From a virus: 64,000 nt of DNA. Positions 57,601-63,893 of the stretch are shown in pieces. Within the stretch, counting starts at the first letter, position 1, and the number at the start of each line of letters is the position of its first letter. The position numbers and the translations under genes are program-made. The stretch is taken from the IMG/VR virus record IMGVR_UViG_3300042554_001073. One strand, 5' to 3'. Under the pieces are notes generated by a model. The model was not told the origin of the DNA. It saw nothing but the letters and a program-made list of their open reading frames with translations, and did no database searches.

Positions 57601-57831
57601 ATCAAATTCACTTATATCAGATCCAAGAATTGTTGAGGTTTTTAATTCTGTTGTAGAGTCTACTTTGACATACTTATCAATGTTTTGGAGTAGATCTATA
57701 GGAGCACCCTGAAATTCCTGAGCAAGATAATATTGTGATAAAAATTCCCCAACTAGAGGAAAATCCTCTCTAATGTATTGTGGAATTTGGTTTTTTACAA
57801 CATCTTTAATTTGAATTCTTTTTTCTGACAT
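45700..57831 (-). CDS. g7: Giant baseplate wedge protein gp7-like (4043 aa)
   Basis: N-terminal QIKDFYRSKGTDRSFEILFKALYG, HSPIIGWAYDGNPIYGPYGY, PEYPNGTYAYF, QDNFYYQNFSYSIKS..HTVGF; between gp6 and gp8. Confidence 0.75.
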   Translation of the reverse strand: MSEKRIQIKDVVKNQIPQYIREDFPLVGEFLSQYYLAQEFQGAPIDLLQNIDKYVKVDSTTELKTSTILGSDISEFDENINISLLDSETGTKGFPDKYGLISIDNELIVYETKTDSAFLNCYRGFSGIVAYKNTNIGIAATYKLNPNDELIFEESNAAIHAEGTEIFNLSSLFLQEFLIKTKYQIAPGFENRSFVDKVNESLLLKQIKDFYRSKGTDRSFEILFKALYGEDVKILRPKDVLFRPSDAHYKITNDLVVELISGPIEEISNLTLFQNEYLNLTKAYGTVSEVETVTSDNGRIFYKLKIDGGYNRDPAFDGAIYGRFSVHPKTRSIARTLAGSTSIDVDSTVGFSTQGEVYVQFFDGTTGVVSYTSKTLNQFLGCSNITSDIIDNSIVGINTYAAATTGLGTEIRVRINSILNSVNINTPNYFYAKGDTATIPTFGFQGKNALDNDWIFNTAATYNVDSYEVVDSSDDTYSVTFINRHSFQIGDFLEILEGGSPTAEARVIDVLSEKTIVINGQGPLVENSFKVKRKILKVDSSNFQDANIFSANIQNVYRDKEKLLVASPSLASYVNQKLNVSDRSLTFSGTYQGETITLTSLEDHGFYTGDSVYYTPEIVEVTSIDADGNSLTSTVISSSLFDEGIYFIKRIDANNVKFSKSKSDILDEKFLNVENQTTVSNNKIEPYIFYQRSLESQKLLREISAPVSTKNPTETVPGLTGILVNGVEILNYKSKDKIFYGPIEEIQILSSGSSFDIINPPQIVISDSVGTGATGNCAVSGSLLEIRVLDPGFDYLDTPVVKITGGNGTGASARANMKLVSHESQFNSEEKSNQISIGATLSIIGFSTAHKFRNAEAVIYKTSGQKSIAGLTTNSTYYVSTVSSTSVKLHQKFSDAVSGINTITLSDYGIGNHSLESVNKKSILASVTVENSGTGYQNKKRQVSLAGINTSTDSINIINHGFSSGEVVKYSTEGSVIGGLSNNTNYYVTSIDDNNFRLSEVGIGGYSEDFYYRTKQYVNITTSNSDEHIFNYPEINVSLIGNVGLSSDYKAQVQPIFRGSIESVQLVSGGSSYGVEDIFGLEREPNISILSGSNAEFQPIISNGKIVQVLVNNVGRNYTSSPDLIVTGTGTGAVLVPIVENNQIIEVKVIESGGGYSPNSTEITASHPGTGASFKAKIKSWTVNLFQKYINKISEDDGFLTLGTNNSFGLQYSHIYAPRKLREILFSREQGGGILYSNPDLRISNSVEIASTDHSPIIGWAYDGNPIYGPYGYSKKSGGVVSQMKSGYRLELSQGRPSINIFPEGFFVEDYTHYESDDETILDENNGRFCITPEYPNGTYAYFATISDSSVDSSGPFTRYKRPVFPYLIGNKFKSKPNEFNFDRFSNQDIIDLNDTNWVRNTYPYNIIENQSTYEYVTIPNNLNQTIDIVGVSPGSVDNVGILTGGNNYKINDSVVFNNIDANGNIRGYSASAVVSKLEGKQVSSVSVATSTITNVEFYPIGNKGQYVLYANDPHNFTNFDLVSISGLSTTSSLIEGNYTAGIQTSKVALVGTGSTTIGIGTIGVTGIVTFISVSGNLGFSNIRENDVLLLNDEKVKVLNIDPVSSRLRILRQVDGTVGVSHTVTTVLYEKARRLSINSGFKTDYSYSINKQIYFDPSESVAIGTDSSLGAGSTISFSNPGAGLTQVFIGNGLIYLPEHNLNTGDLLTYNTNDGSPITVFSIGVGVTTLFDDTDVYVAKYDDNFIGISTVKVGLGSTGFFSGISSTTNSIRPLLFTGIGTGVYHSFRTNYSVITGTVSRNIVTVSTAQTHGLLNNDFVEIDVNPSITTSITVKYDDYNRKILLNTKSFTSLNVDINNNSIALTNHNLRTGDKVIHTSSSPSGGLSNEAIYYVVVIDKNNIKLSDTYYNSTKLIPDIVSITSASSGNISLVNPPIKVYKDSVVEFDLSDSSLSYEYQSIRYSAFRFEVYLDGEFKEIFDTSGANRTFNVQRSGIVGISSDAKARILVNDTLPKTLYYNLVPVYDNNLPLEKIELLSDNTVLSYNEIQVEESVYNGLKQITVPSSTSFTYFLAEEPESLSYTPSTSILNYYTESNNVYGPIKEVKILNKGLNYYSLPGITSVSSKTGNGAVLEAESRTIGNVKKTKILDVGFDYPSDYTLKPRVSLPRVVKIDSLSSFQSIGVSSVGRGYVTPPKLLVFDGKTGNLIPEVDLKYEFGRNDVIIRNNTFGMYNTTPLILPVENSNGVGIRTISYNNSTKKVTVGLSTGFSSAQSFPFQVNDKVLIENISIGIGSTAKGYNSQNYNYQLFTLTDVDANIGGIGSVSYSLDGYLNGSEFPGNFDAANSVGRIIPQKFFPQFVSTLTKNDYRVGEVVTSGNSTGVVEDWDPITNYLKIVTKDDFEVGEKIEGLSSKTQGFASSVTEFNYYAVLDSTSKVENGWETSAGFLNNEEQRIQDNFYYQNFSYSIKSKVPFDTWNDAVSTLNHTVGFRKFSDLQLESKISPENNTSLTVGVSTQTTGVDVIVDMIGYGDLNCFYDFDLARENSLRIESRVVSNQISFDNRILTDYFESFGNRVLSIDDISSEFNSNPRPTNYSEINRFDLREVQAQKYITYIRDKRFTGQRQAMLVTLIHDGLNGYLNQYGRVETAYDLGSFDFAISGSDGILNYYPTRFTINDYDVVTLSYNLKDDLSGIGSTTIGSIVEINTSNSNVAAASTVNIVSLGATYTSAKILVEITGGDGQYELDELNLVHDGTNVEFLEYGQLTTGDIISPLSSSGYGTYYPYISGSQVKIDFIANAGIGTTTYINTISIGIADTSSSGIGTLEMKHALLKATTTSIASSISPTSNVILDYSGEYSAAYCLVQVTDITNNRHQMSEIIMIDDDVYADPYVTEFGNLETYAGLGTIGGSVTGIGETTQLTFTPLPNIETQVKVYANILRIQDDSRDIVDLNNGTIETAYGTYTGTESDLKRAFNLTHKGNPIFERYFDGSNSSIVDVSENTIEIPGHFFVTGEKITYTNAGSGTTTSVGIATTTISGFGSTDKLPSTLYIVKINENKVRVSASATDALLSIPNTLDLTSVGIGSTHRFTAHNQNAKVLVSLDNIIQSPVVATSVVSSLSTNTYTTDDILYFTGITSFFGGDLIRIENEIMKIEGVGVGLTNAVRVRRPWLGTVVAGYSTGTTVTKVRGTYNIVDNTLNFVEAPYGNVPIGSTTNPPDERDWTGISTSSHFHGRSFMRSGIVNTGNETYYKNYIFNDISSDFDGVERTFTLRSDGSNVTGISNENAIVLINDVFQGPGTDENYTLSESTGITSISFTGTATSVAYDINSSNLPIGGIIISVGSTEGFGYQPLVAAGGTAIVSVAGTISSVSIGNSGSGYRVGVQTVRVGVQTSDSNGFYLEFIGTAAVSGGNIVSIAITNPGVGYTSTNPPEVIIDSPLSYSDIPLIYSSTVTAGLGTAATIDIVVGQGSSVIDFEIKNTGYGYRENEILTVPVGGLTGIPTTSSYNEFQVTIQNIFSDKFTGWSVGELQVFDNISSLFDGETTTFPLTINGDLVSIKAAKGSNINVQDLLLVFVNDILQVPGEGYIFNGGSVITFTEAPKGISLGISGTNDTCKILFYRGSGSVDVLERNILETVKVGDELVFGYDSSIGQSPTLQEEDRTVTSILATDLVNTNPYFGPGNTSDESLSRTITWCRQTEDKIINEQEIAKDRMLYEPLITPSSYIIRSVGIGSTEIYVDNVRPFFNAQNESATSLSFQNKVTLISQDEKVGASATAVVSVAGTISSIIINDGGSGYTSSPIVTIGSTAQSVGLGTTATATASITSGIVTSITLTNSGTGYTTSNPPVVLVSPPTSIVETNDVSSYSGDSGIIVGFGTTTVGSDYQMIFDLHIPEDSYMRSSTIVGTALTLSGISTGDFFVVYDSNIGTSTTSISSKDNSGSTIAIGTSFVDNVYQVISVSNVTSTILGIGTTVVSRVNVTVTGMGITNSGIITTSTYFGNYSWGKINLTSRSENNEFTFYGNNGVSGITNSALVNRSESLKYKNYLT

Positions 57832-57835
57832 GTTA

Positions 57836-59761
57836 TTACAATCTTACTAGGTTCCCGTTGTTGTAGCTTGAAGATACGATGTATTTGGATGCTGCTGGAT
57901 CTAATCCTGAAGCAATTTCATCAACTACCATTTCAAAAATACTGCTATTAATATCTAGTTGCAAATAAAGATCCTGTTTTCCGACAACATCATTGGATTG
58001 TGGTATAACTGAGATTTCAATAATTGGTTGTCCATCTTTTATTTTTCCAGATAAAACATTTATTGGATTAATGGTTATAACACCATTTTTATAGTCAATT
58101 CTTCCAACATTTCTTCTAAGAATAGTTGGTGTTCTAGAATTTGAGGACCCAACAGTAAATAGGAATAAAGATCCAGTTTCTCTATTTGTATTTGGTACGT
58201 CACCTAAGTAGACTGTTTGAGATATACCTGCTATTTGGAACCCACTGGATTTAATATTATATCCATCCATACTTGAAATATGAAACTCATTACCGAATCC
58301 GATTTGATATTCCGCAAAAGTATTTAAAACTACTCTCAAATCTCTTCTCATCTGAACTGTAGTAATATTAGATGTGATAGATTCGTGACTATCATCAATC
58401 ATTTTCAAGAACTTACTATACTTAAATCTAGCACCATACCTATTCAATTCGGTTGATTCTGAGTATTTTGTAGCATTAGATTGAACAATACTAGAAACAA
58501 AAGATGAGGATGGTGCTAGATTTGTGTTATAATAAACTTTTGAATTTACTTCAACATATAAGTACTTTAAATCTAAAATTTCTGGAACTATTCCAGCAAC
58601 AGCATATTTTTTTAACTTTAATTTAATACTTTCTTTCTCCAAATTGGGAAGAAAATCACCAAATCTAGGCTTGATACTTATAAAGACTTTGCCATATTGT
58701 GGAGGAATTAACTCTTCACCACCAAAAACGGAAATAGCTTCAGTTTCTGGATAAATTTTAGAAGGTATTAATGTTTCAAAATCATTCGCTGTTAGTGCTC
58801 TATTTTGAGAAGCATATATCCTTGGAGCATATTTTTTTATAGAATCTATAGACTCTATATTTTCTCCTCCAGATGCTTGTAGTACTGTGGTAAGTAAGGA
58901 AATTCCACTTGAAACTGTATATTCTATTGAATTTCTTACATAAGTTAATCTTCCAGAAAAAACAAATTGATTTACTCCATTTGCGCTATCGCCATTGGAA
59001 GTTATGTAATTTACAGTTATAAAATTGCCTTCTTCTAGAGCTTTTCCAAATACGCCGTCACCAAAAATTATTTCATATCTTTCATCTTCAATTTCTTGTA
59101 AGAAATAAACATTTGAACTCTGATCAATATCAAATAAACTATCTTGAAAAGAATATTTTACTGATTGTGTTGATTCTTCATTGTTTCTTACTGTTACAGT
59201 TATTAAATCAGTATCAATTCCCGAGTTTGGTAGGATATACCTTTGATTAGGATTTCTTGAACTGTAAGTAAATGTATTTGATAATAATATTCCCTCATAA
59301 ATCTGTAAATTTGAAAATGTCGCTATTCCATTAAACACTGGAACGGTAACATCATCTAAAATAGAAAAAACAAATGATTGATTTGAGAATGTCCCTGATG
59401 TTGTTGCGACAGGACCTCTTTTCAATGTTAAAGATGCTGGTGCTGGTGTTACATTTGAAACGTCAACAAAGAAGTCTACCGTTGCTGTTGCTGCTTTTCT
59501 TGATTTAGGAACATAACCAATATTTCTTGCTAGTGATACTACGTTCTCTCTTAAAGTAGCACTATCAATAAAAACTTCATTTGCAACCATGTTTGCATTA
59601 TATGAAGTAATGTAAGTATTATATGCCAGAACATCAAGAATTGATGAGAGATTAGATCCCTCAAAATCATAATCAGTAAAATTTGAGTTTGCTTTTAAGT
59701 AATCTCTAAGAGTAGTTTTAATCTGGTCAAAATCCAGATTAGAAAAGTTTATTAATGGCAT
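57836..59761 (-). CDS. g6: Baseplate wedge subunit gp6
   Basis: LDFDQIKTTL, DYDFEGSNLSSILDVLAYNT, SATLRENVVSLARNIGYVP, ASQNRALTANDF, PPQYGKVFISIKP. Confidence 0.96.
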   Translation of the reverse strand: MPLINFSNLDFDQIKTTLRDYLKANSNFTDYDFEGSNLSSILDVLAYNTYITSYNANMVANEVFIDSATLRENVVSLARNIGYVPKSRKAATATVDFFVDVSNVTPAPASLTLKRGPVATTSGTFSNQSFVFSILDDVTVPVFNGIATFSNLQIYEGILLSNTFTYSSRNPNQRYILPNSGIDTDLITVTVRNNEESTQSVKYSFQDSLFDIDQSSNVYFLQEIEDERYEIIFGDGVFGKALEEGNFITVNYITSNGDSANGVNQFVFSGRLTYVRNSIEYTVSSGISLLTTVLQASGGENIESIDSIKKYAPRIYASQNRALTANDFETLIPSKIYPETEAISVFGGEELIPPQYGKVFISIKPRFGDFLPNLEKESIKLKLKKYAVAGIVPEILDLKYLYVEVNSKVYYNTNLAPSSSFVSSIVQSNATKYSESTELNRYGARFKYSKFLKMIDDSHESITSNITTVQMRRDLRVVLNTFAEYQIGFGNEFHISSMDGYNIKSSGFQIAGISQTVYLGDVPNTNRETGSLFLFTVGSSNSRTPTILRRNVGRIDYKNGVITINPINVLSGKIKDGQPIIEISVIPQSNDVVGKQDLYLQLDINSSIFEMVVDEIASGLDPAASKYIVSSSYNNGNLVRL

Positions 59762-59763
59762 TT

Positions 59764-60165
59764 TTACCTAGTTGGTTGCAAAGCGAATTGTAATTGTTGT
59801 GCAGGTACATCTGCTCCTATAACTTCATACACTATCGTCACATCAAAATTATTATTATCATAATTTGGAAATGCTTGCACATCAATCAATTGAACTCTAG
59901 GCTCATAATTTATAATAGATTGGCGAATTTCATCAACAATAATTGATGCGCTAATGTCATCAATGTTTTCGAAAAGAGTTCTTGTAATGTTAGATCCAAA
60001 GTTTTCATCAAAAAACTTTTCTCCAGGAAGGGTAAAGACAATATTTCTTACAGAACGAGCAATTGCATTCTCATTTTTGAGCGCAATCAAATCACCGTTC
60101 AGAGGATTAGTCTGAAAAGTCATACTAATGTCCTTAAAACCTTGACTTACCCTTTCTAGAGGCAT
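59764..60165 (-). CDS. g25: Baseplate wedge subunit gp25
   Basis: FKDISMTF, AIARSVRNIVFT.PGEKFF...FGSNI, NYEPRV. Confidence 0.93.
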   Translation of the reverse strand: MPLERVSQGFKDISMTFQTNPLNGDLIALKNENAIARSVRNIVFTLPGEKFFDENFGSNITRTLFENIDDISASIIVDEIRQSIINYEPRVQLIDVQAFPNYDNNNFDVTIVYEVIGADVPAQQLQFALQPTR

Positions 60166-60188
60166 TGAGTATTATAATTCTAACTTAT

Positions 60189-60353
60189 TTATTCGGGATT
60201 TTTGACTTCATAGAGTGGTTCTGTGCCATATTCCCAGTCATCATAGTCCTCATCATTACGAATTCTTTCGTGAATTTCATTTTGAACCTTAAAATCATGT
60301 TTTTTGGGAGTTAAATCGTCATTAGCGATCTCCCTCAGCATTTTTTCTTCCAT
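60189..60353 (-). CDS. Small acidic hypothetical protein (54 aa); not in the ORF track
   Basis: Manual translation MEEKMLREIANDDLTPKKHDFKVQNEIHERIRNDEDYDDWEYGTEPLYEVKNPE; GGAG RBS. Confidence 0.65.
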   Translation of the reverse strand: MEEKMLREIANDDLTPKKHDFKVQNEIHERIRNDEDYDDWEYGTEPLYEVKNPE

Positions 60354-61005
60354 TTTTTTGCTCCTGATCTGTTAAATCAGAACTTTTTACGGGGTTGCTA
60401 TCCCGTGTATCAATGTAAAATCCTTTTCTGTAATATTCTGAGTCTTCTATAAAGGTTAAATTTGGTATATTTTTTACTTCTTGGTCTTTCCAGACTGGAA
60501 TTGCGACAGTATTGCCATATCTGAAGTTTGGATTTCTTCTAAAATGAACTTCAATTATTTTATTGTCGATATATTCGCAGTTTATCCACTCATAATCTCC
60601 TTTTAAGTTATTTAATATCTCAGGAAACTCAATCTTTCTATCAATTTTTGTCCAACTTTTCCACTTATAAAGGTCATTACCCTCATATCTTTCTCCTATA
60701 ATAACAAGTTCTGCTTTCTTGTTTCTAAAATCTACACTAATGTGCTCTCCTTCAAAGATTTCAGACCAAAACTCAGAGGGATGTAAATGATTAGTATCTT
60801 TTTCAATCCACTCTATACGAGAAAATCGTCCCATACCAAGTAAGTTAATACTTGGTCGGACGATATAATACCCTGGATATGGAACAGGGCACCCTGTAGG
60901 TCCACAGAGATGCCCTAGACGATGATTTAGAAATAACTTACTATAAACCCATAGATCTTCTGGATGAATTGAATTCCATTCATCTAAGCACTCTAGGTGG
61001 TACAT
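60322..61005 (-). CDS. Hypothetical protein, possible ATP-grasp-like fold
   Basis: YIVRPSINLLGMG, EIFEGEHISVD and INCEYIDNKIIEVHFR resemble ATP-grasp motifs; weak assignment. Confidence 0.55.
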   Translation of the reverse strand: MYHLECLDEWNSIHPEDLWVYSKLFLNHRLGHLCGPTGCPVPYPGYYIVRPSINLLGMGRFSRIEWIEKDTNHLHPSEFWSEIFEGEHISVDFRNKKAELVIIGERYEGNDLYKWKSWTKIDRKIEFPEILNNLKGDYEWINCEYIDNKIIEVHFRRNPNFRYGNTVAIPVWKDQEVKNIPNLTFIEDSEYYRKGFYIDTRDSNPVKSSDLTDQEQKNGRKNAEGDR

Positions 61006-61026
61006 AAGTAAGTTAACAACTTATTA

Positions 61027-61158
61027 TTATTTACCTTGTCCGCGATACTTTTTCTTACGCCCATTGCGAGAGGTTGCGCTTAGTAGTGTACGAGCAGAAC
61101 GACCTTGACGTGTTTTCTTAGGTGCTCCAGGTTGAAACAGATTACCCTTCAGTGCCAT
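61027..61158 (-). CDS. Small basic protein (43 aa); not in the ORF track
   Basis: Manual translation MALKGNLFQPGAPKKTRQGRSARTLLSATSRNGRKKKYRGQGK; GGAGG RBS. Confidence 0.7.
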   Translation of the reverse strand: MALKGNLFQPGAPKKTRQGRSARTLLSATSRNGRKKKYRGQGK

Positions 61159-61306
61159 AATTTTCCTCCAATTCAATTAAACTAGGATCAATATCATCTC
61201 CCGAGAAAAACTTTTCCGAGAGTTCTTGAAGAACCTCACTACACTCTTCATGAGTGAGGTTCGAATAAATCTTACGTCCTTTATAAAGTACGTTAAAAGT
61301 TTTCAT
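61142..61306 (-). CDS. Small hypothetical protein (54 aa); not in the ORF track
   Basis: Manual translation MKTFNVLYKGRKIYSNLTHEECSEVLQELSEKFFSGDDIDPSLIELEENYGTEG; coupled to the upstream stop. Confidence 0.6.
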   Translation of the reverse strand: MKTFNVLYKGRKIYSNLTHEECSEVLQELSEKFFSGDDIDPSLIELEENYGTEG

Positions 61307-62073
61307 CAGATAATACGAGTTTTTTCATGTCCAACACGAATGCGAGGATCGCACCAGATATCAAACCCAGCTTCTTTCGCATCAAGACAGAAGCTTACAT
61401 CTTCTCCACACATGTCTTGAACATTACCAGATTCAAAGACTTGCATCTTCGGAGCAAACCAAGGATATTCGAGGTTTTCAAAGACACCTTTCTTAATAAG
61501 AACCCATCCAAAACCTGTGTAATCTACAGTAAATGGCTTCTTACGCTTGCTGATCGATTCCACAGTTTCGTGGTTCATGACTCCACCATTTTTGCGGAAG
61601 TCATCTTCTTCTAACCAGTGTGCGACAGAGGTTGTGTGTCCATCTTCTGTTGCGTACCAACCAGCAACAACTTCCTTCTCTTCTCCTTCTTCATTCAGAG
61701 CTAAATCACAAAGTTGCCAGAACTTGTTCGTGTCAAAGACAATATCCGAGTCAATCCAAAGTTGATAATCATATTGTAGTTTACCGTCCCAAGGAATTTG
61801 CTTCGGACCACGAAGTACATTAGCACCTAAACACTTACAACGTGCAAAGTTAACCATCGATGAATAGTCTTGTGAAATCTGAATACTCATCTGATTCTGT
61901 ACCATATCAAAGCACAGTTGTACAAAATTCTTCAGAAAAATAAAAGAGCATCCACGTCCTGGTAGACAGAAGACAATACTCTTACCTCGCATTCTTTCTT
62001 TAATCGCATCAATATCCCATTCGTTTTCTTTGGGTTTTGGTGCTGCTGCTTTTACAGTAAATCCTTTTGCCAT
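61306..62073 (-). CDS. GT-A fold glycosyltransferase-like protein
   Basis: DxD motif in LWIDSDIVF, VDYTGFGWVLIKKGVFE, GEDVSFC, VGHEK. Confidence 0.7.
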   Translation of the reverse strand: MAKGFTVKAAAPKPKENEWDIDAIKERMRGKSIVFCLPGRGCSFIFLKNFVQLCFDMVQNQMSIQISQDYSSMVNFARCKCLGANVLRGPKQIPWDGKLQYDYQLWIDSDIVFDTNKFWQLCDLALNEEGEEKEVVAGWYATEDGHTTSVAHWLEEDDFRKNGGVMNHETVESISKRKKPFTVDYTGFGWVLIKKGVFENLEYPWFAPKMQVFESGNVQDMCGEDVSFCLDAKEAGFDIWCDPRIRVGHEKTRII

Positions 62074-62122
62074 AAAGTTTAGTAACCTTCAAACTCAATT
62101 TTAACAGTCTATATATGCCTTG

Positions 62123-62341
62123 TCAATATGAAGGTGATCCTGGTGGTTCAGATGATTTGTCCATAGAATATCCTCCAATATTAACTGGAAGCTCTGTGAA
62201 ATTTAAATCCTCTACACTATAATCAGTCTTCATAAGACCAACCATATTCTTCAAGGTATTCCATGTTGTTTCAAACTCATCCTGTTTGAGAGAATGAAAT
62301 AAACAACGATCCTTTGCGTATATGTGATAAACCTTTTCCAT
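62123..62341 (-). CDS. Hypothetical protein (72 aa)
   Basis: ORF track; same strand as neighbours. Confidence 0.7.
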   Translation of the reverse strand: MEKVYHIYAKDRCLFHSLKQDEFETTWNTLKNMVGLMKTDYSVEDLNFTELPVNIGGYSMDKSSEPPGSPSY

Positions 62342-62376
62342 ATAAAAAAATATTTCCGGAAATTTTGTAGTAAAAC

Positions 62377-62535
62377 TTAATTCACTACCGCATTATATAT
62401 CAGTACAATCAAAAACCCTAGGGGGACTAATACTATTCTTCCCATTGTCTTTGGATACCTGATTAACCAGCCTGCGAGGACTGCTCTCCAAAAATTCCAA
62501 TAAGGTACTCTGCTGGGGGTTTTGAGACTAATCAT
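62377..62535 (-). CDS. Small putative membrane protein (52 aa); not in the ORF track
   Basis: Manual translation MISLKTPSRVPYWNFWRAVLAGWLIRYPKTMGRIVLVPLGFLIVLIYNAVVN. Confidence 0.6.
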   Translation of the reverse strand: MISLKTPSRVPYWNFWRAVLAGWLIRYPKTMGRIVLVPLGFLIVLIYNAVVN

Positions 62536-62682
62536 ACTTCCGGAAAAATTTTATGAGATTGATATAGAGCTCGCGTTTTGTCACCTCTGTAGGTTAGGGT
62601 AGTTAGCGATTTTTATAACGCAACGCCGCCAGGCGATATAAACAACCGCCCGCAAAACACTGCCAGACGACTACTCTAACTC

Positions 62683-62711
62683 ATAGTAACATATGCGTCC
62701 CCCACTGTCAA
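62683..62711 (-). promoter_or_regulatory. sigma70 early promoter inside a terminator-like hairpin
   Basis: TTGACA(62711-62706)-17-TACTAT(62688-62683); -35 lies in the loop of TGCGTCCC...GGGACGCA. Confidence 0.75.
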
Positions 62712-62736
62712 GTAAGGGACGCACAGTTAGTTACTA

Positions 62737-62925
62737 TCAGAAGGCAATCTCTTCGAGAGTAGGAATACTCTGCCCCAGGATTGGCAGATAGGTGCTATCA
62801 GCAACCTCAGTAACATTATCAGCAGTGAGTGCATCCAGAATGGACAGAATCTCGCTGCCAGTGTTACCTTGTGCCAGCATCGAAAGCATCACGGACTTAG
62901 ACATAATGAAGAAGAAAAGTGTCAA
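62737..62925 (-). CDS. Small early hypothetical protein (likely start MSKSVML)
   Basis: ORF track; LAQGNTGSEILSILDALT. Confidence 0.6.
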   Translation of the reverse strand: MTLFFFIMSKSVMLSMLAQGNTGSEILSILDALTADNVTEVADSTYLPILGQSIPTLEEIAF

Positions 62926-62977
62926 TGAAGAAGTGAACAGTAAGTGTCTTTATAGGGCGCATCTTATTCCCTTATGT

Positions 62978-63145
62978 TTACCAAACTAGAGTAGCGAACT
63001 CTTTATCCCATTGGTCAGACTTGAGCACATCATTATAAGAAACTGTGATGCGCTTGATGGTTACATTGCTAGGACGATTGATAGCGTCATAGCATTGCTT
63101 ACAGATGTCGTCGAAGGAATACTTTGACTGTGGAATGTAACGCAT
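62978..63145 (-). CDS. Small early hypothetical protein (55 aa); not in the ORF track
   Basis: Manual translation MRYIPQSKYSFDDICKQCYDAINRPSNVTIKRITVSYNDVLKSDQWDKEFATLVW. Confidence 0.55.
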   Translation of the reverse strand: MRYIPQSKYSFDDICKQCYDAINRPSNVTIKRITVSYNDVLKSDQWDKEFATLVW

Positions 63146-63187
63146 TTGAGTGTTAGTTAATGACGAATGAGTGAGTGTTACTTAAGA

Positions 63188-63445
63188 CTAGAAATCAAAC
63201 ACGTCAGAGTTAATCTGAATCACGTTAACTTTGGGGTCTCTGTATGATACTCCATCGGGTGTAGATTTGGCATTGAAACTAACTGCCTCAAGCGCATCTA
63301 CAAAGTCTTCGTAGTTACCTGCTTCCATAGCGAGGTGATACAAACCCTCATCATTGTTAATCCACAGAGCAACATTCCAGGTCTCATAATTCTCCCAACC
63401 ATTATAACTGGTGTCGAGAACGTTTGCTTGGTAAGTAACAGTCAT
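63188..63445 (-). CDS. Conserved early phage hypothetical protein
   Basis: YNGWENYETWNVALWINNDEGLY...TPDGV motif, seen in many phages. Confidence 0.75.
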   Translation of the reverse strand: MTVTYQANVLDTSYNGWENYETWNVALWINNDEGLYHLAMEAGNYEDFVDALEAVSFNAKSTPDGVSYRDPKVNVIQINSDVFDF

Positions 63446-63537
63446 TGTGTGGTCTTAAGTGTCTGTGAGAGGGGCGTTTGTGTGCCCCCTACACTATAGG
63501 TCCACTTTCAAGGTGAGTAACTTTATATGAGTGCCAA

Positions 63538-63711
63538 TCACCAACGATCAGGTGAATTAAGGTCCTCAACGTAAGCATCACATTTCTCCGCAGGTTCCAA
63601 CTTGAATAACTTCTCCCAGTCTATCTGATGTGGGTCGAAGTCACCGAACACTGATAGATCCAGAGTGATTCTATAACGCTGCTTCTGTGCTGTCTGATAA
63701 GCAACTGACAT
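63538..63711 (-). CDS. Small early hypothetical protein (57 aa; start reassigned to MSVAYQ)
   Basis: C-terminal part of track ORF 63538-63846; GGAG RBS and a sigma70 promoter directly upstream of 63711. Confidence 0.7.
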   Translation of the reverse strand: MSVAYQTAQKQRYRITLDLSVFGDFDPHQIDWEKLFKLEPAEKCDAYVEDLNSPDRW

Positions 63712-63738
63712 AAGTACGCTCCGAATGTGTATAGAGGT

Positions 63739-63767
63739 ATTGTAAGATGTCTGGGGATTTGTGTCAA
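63739..63767 (-). promoter_or_regulatory. sigma70 early promoter
   Basis: TTGACA(63767-63762)-17-TACAAT(63744-63739). Confidence 0.8.
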
Positions 63768-63839
63768 GTCCTTGGGGGTATTTATGATCGGGGTGTGTAT
63801 TTTGATGGGGGGATTGTGAGGATTTTGTGACCCCGGGGG

Positions 63840-63868
63840 TTGACAAAGTGCGGTCCTTATGTTATGCT
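63840..63868 (+). promoter_or_regulatory. Divergent plus-strand sigma70-like promoter
   Basis: TTGACA(63840-63845)-17-TATGCT(63863-63868). Confidence 0.55.
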
Positions 63869-63893
63869 CTCTTAGATGACAAGACCTCAGCAC

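Noticed and set aside
63538-63893. Track ORFs 63538-63846 (full length) and 63621-63893
   Set aside because: Their 5' parts run through a consensus sigma70 promoter; the start at 63711 with an RBS is more credible.
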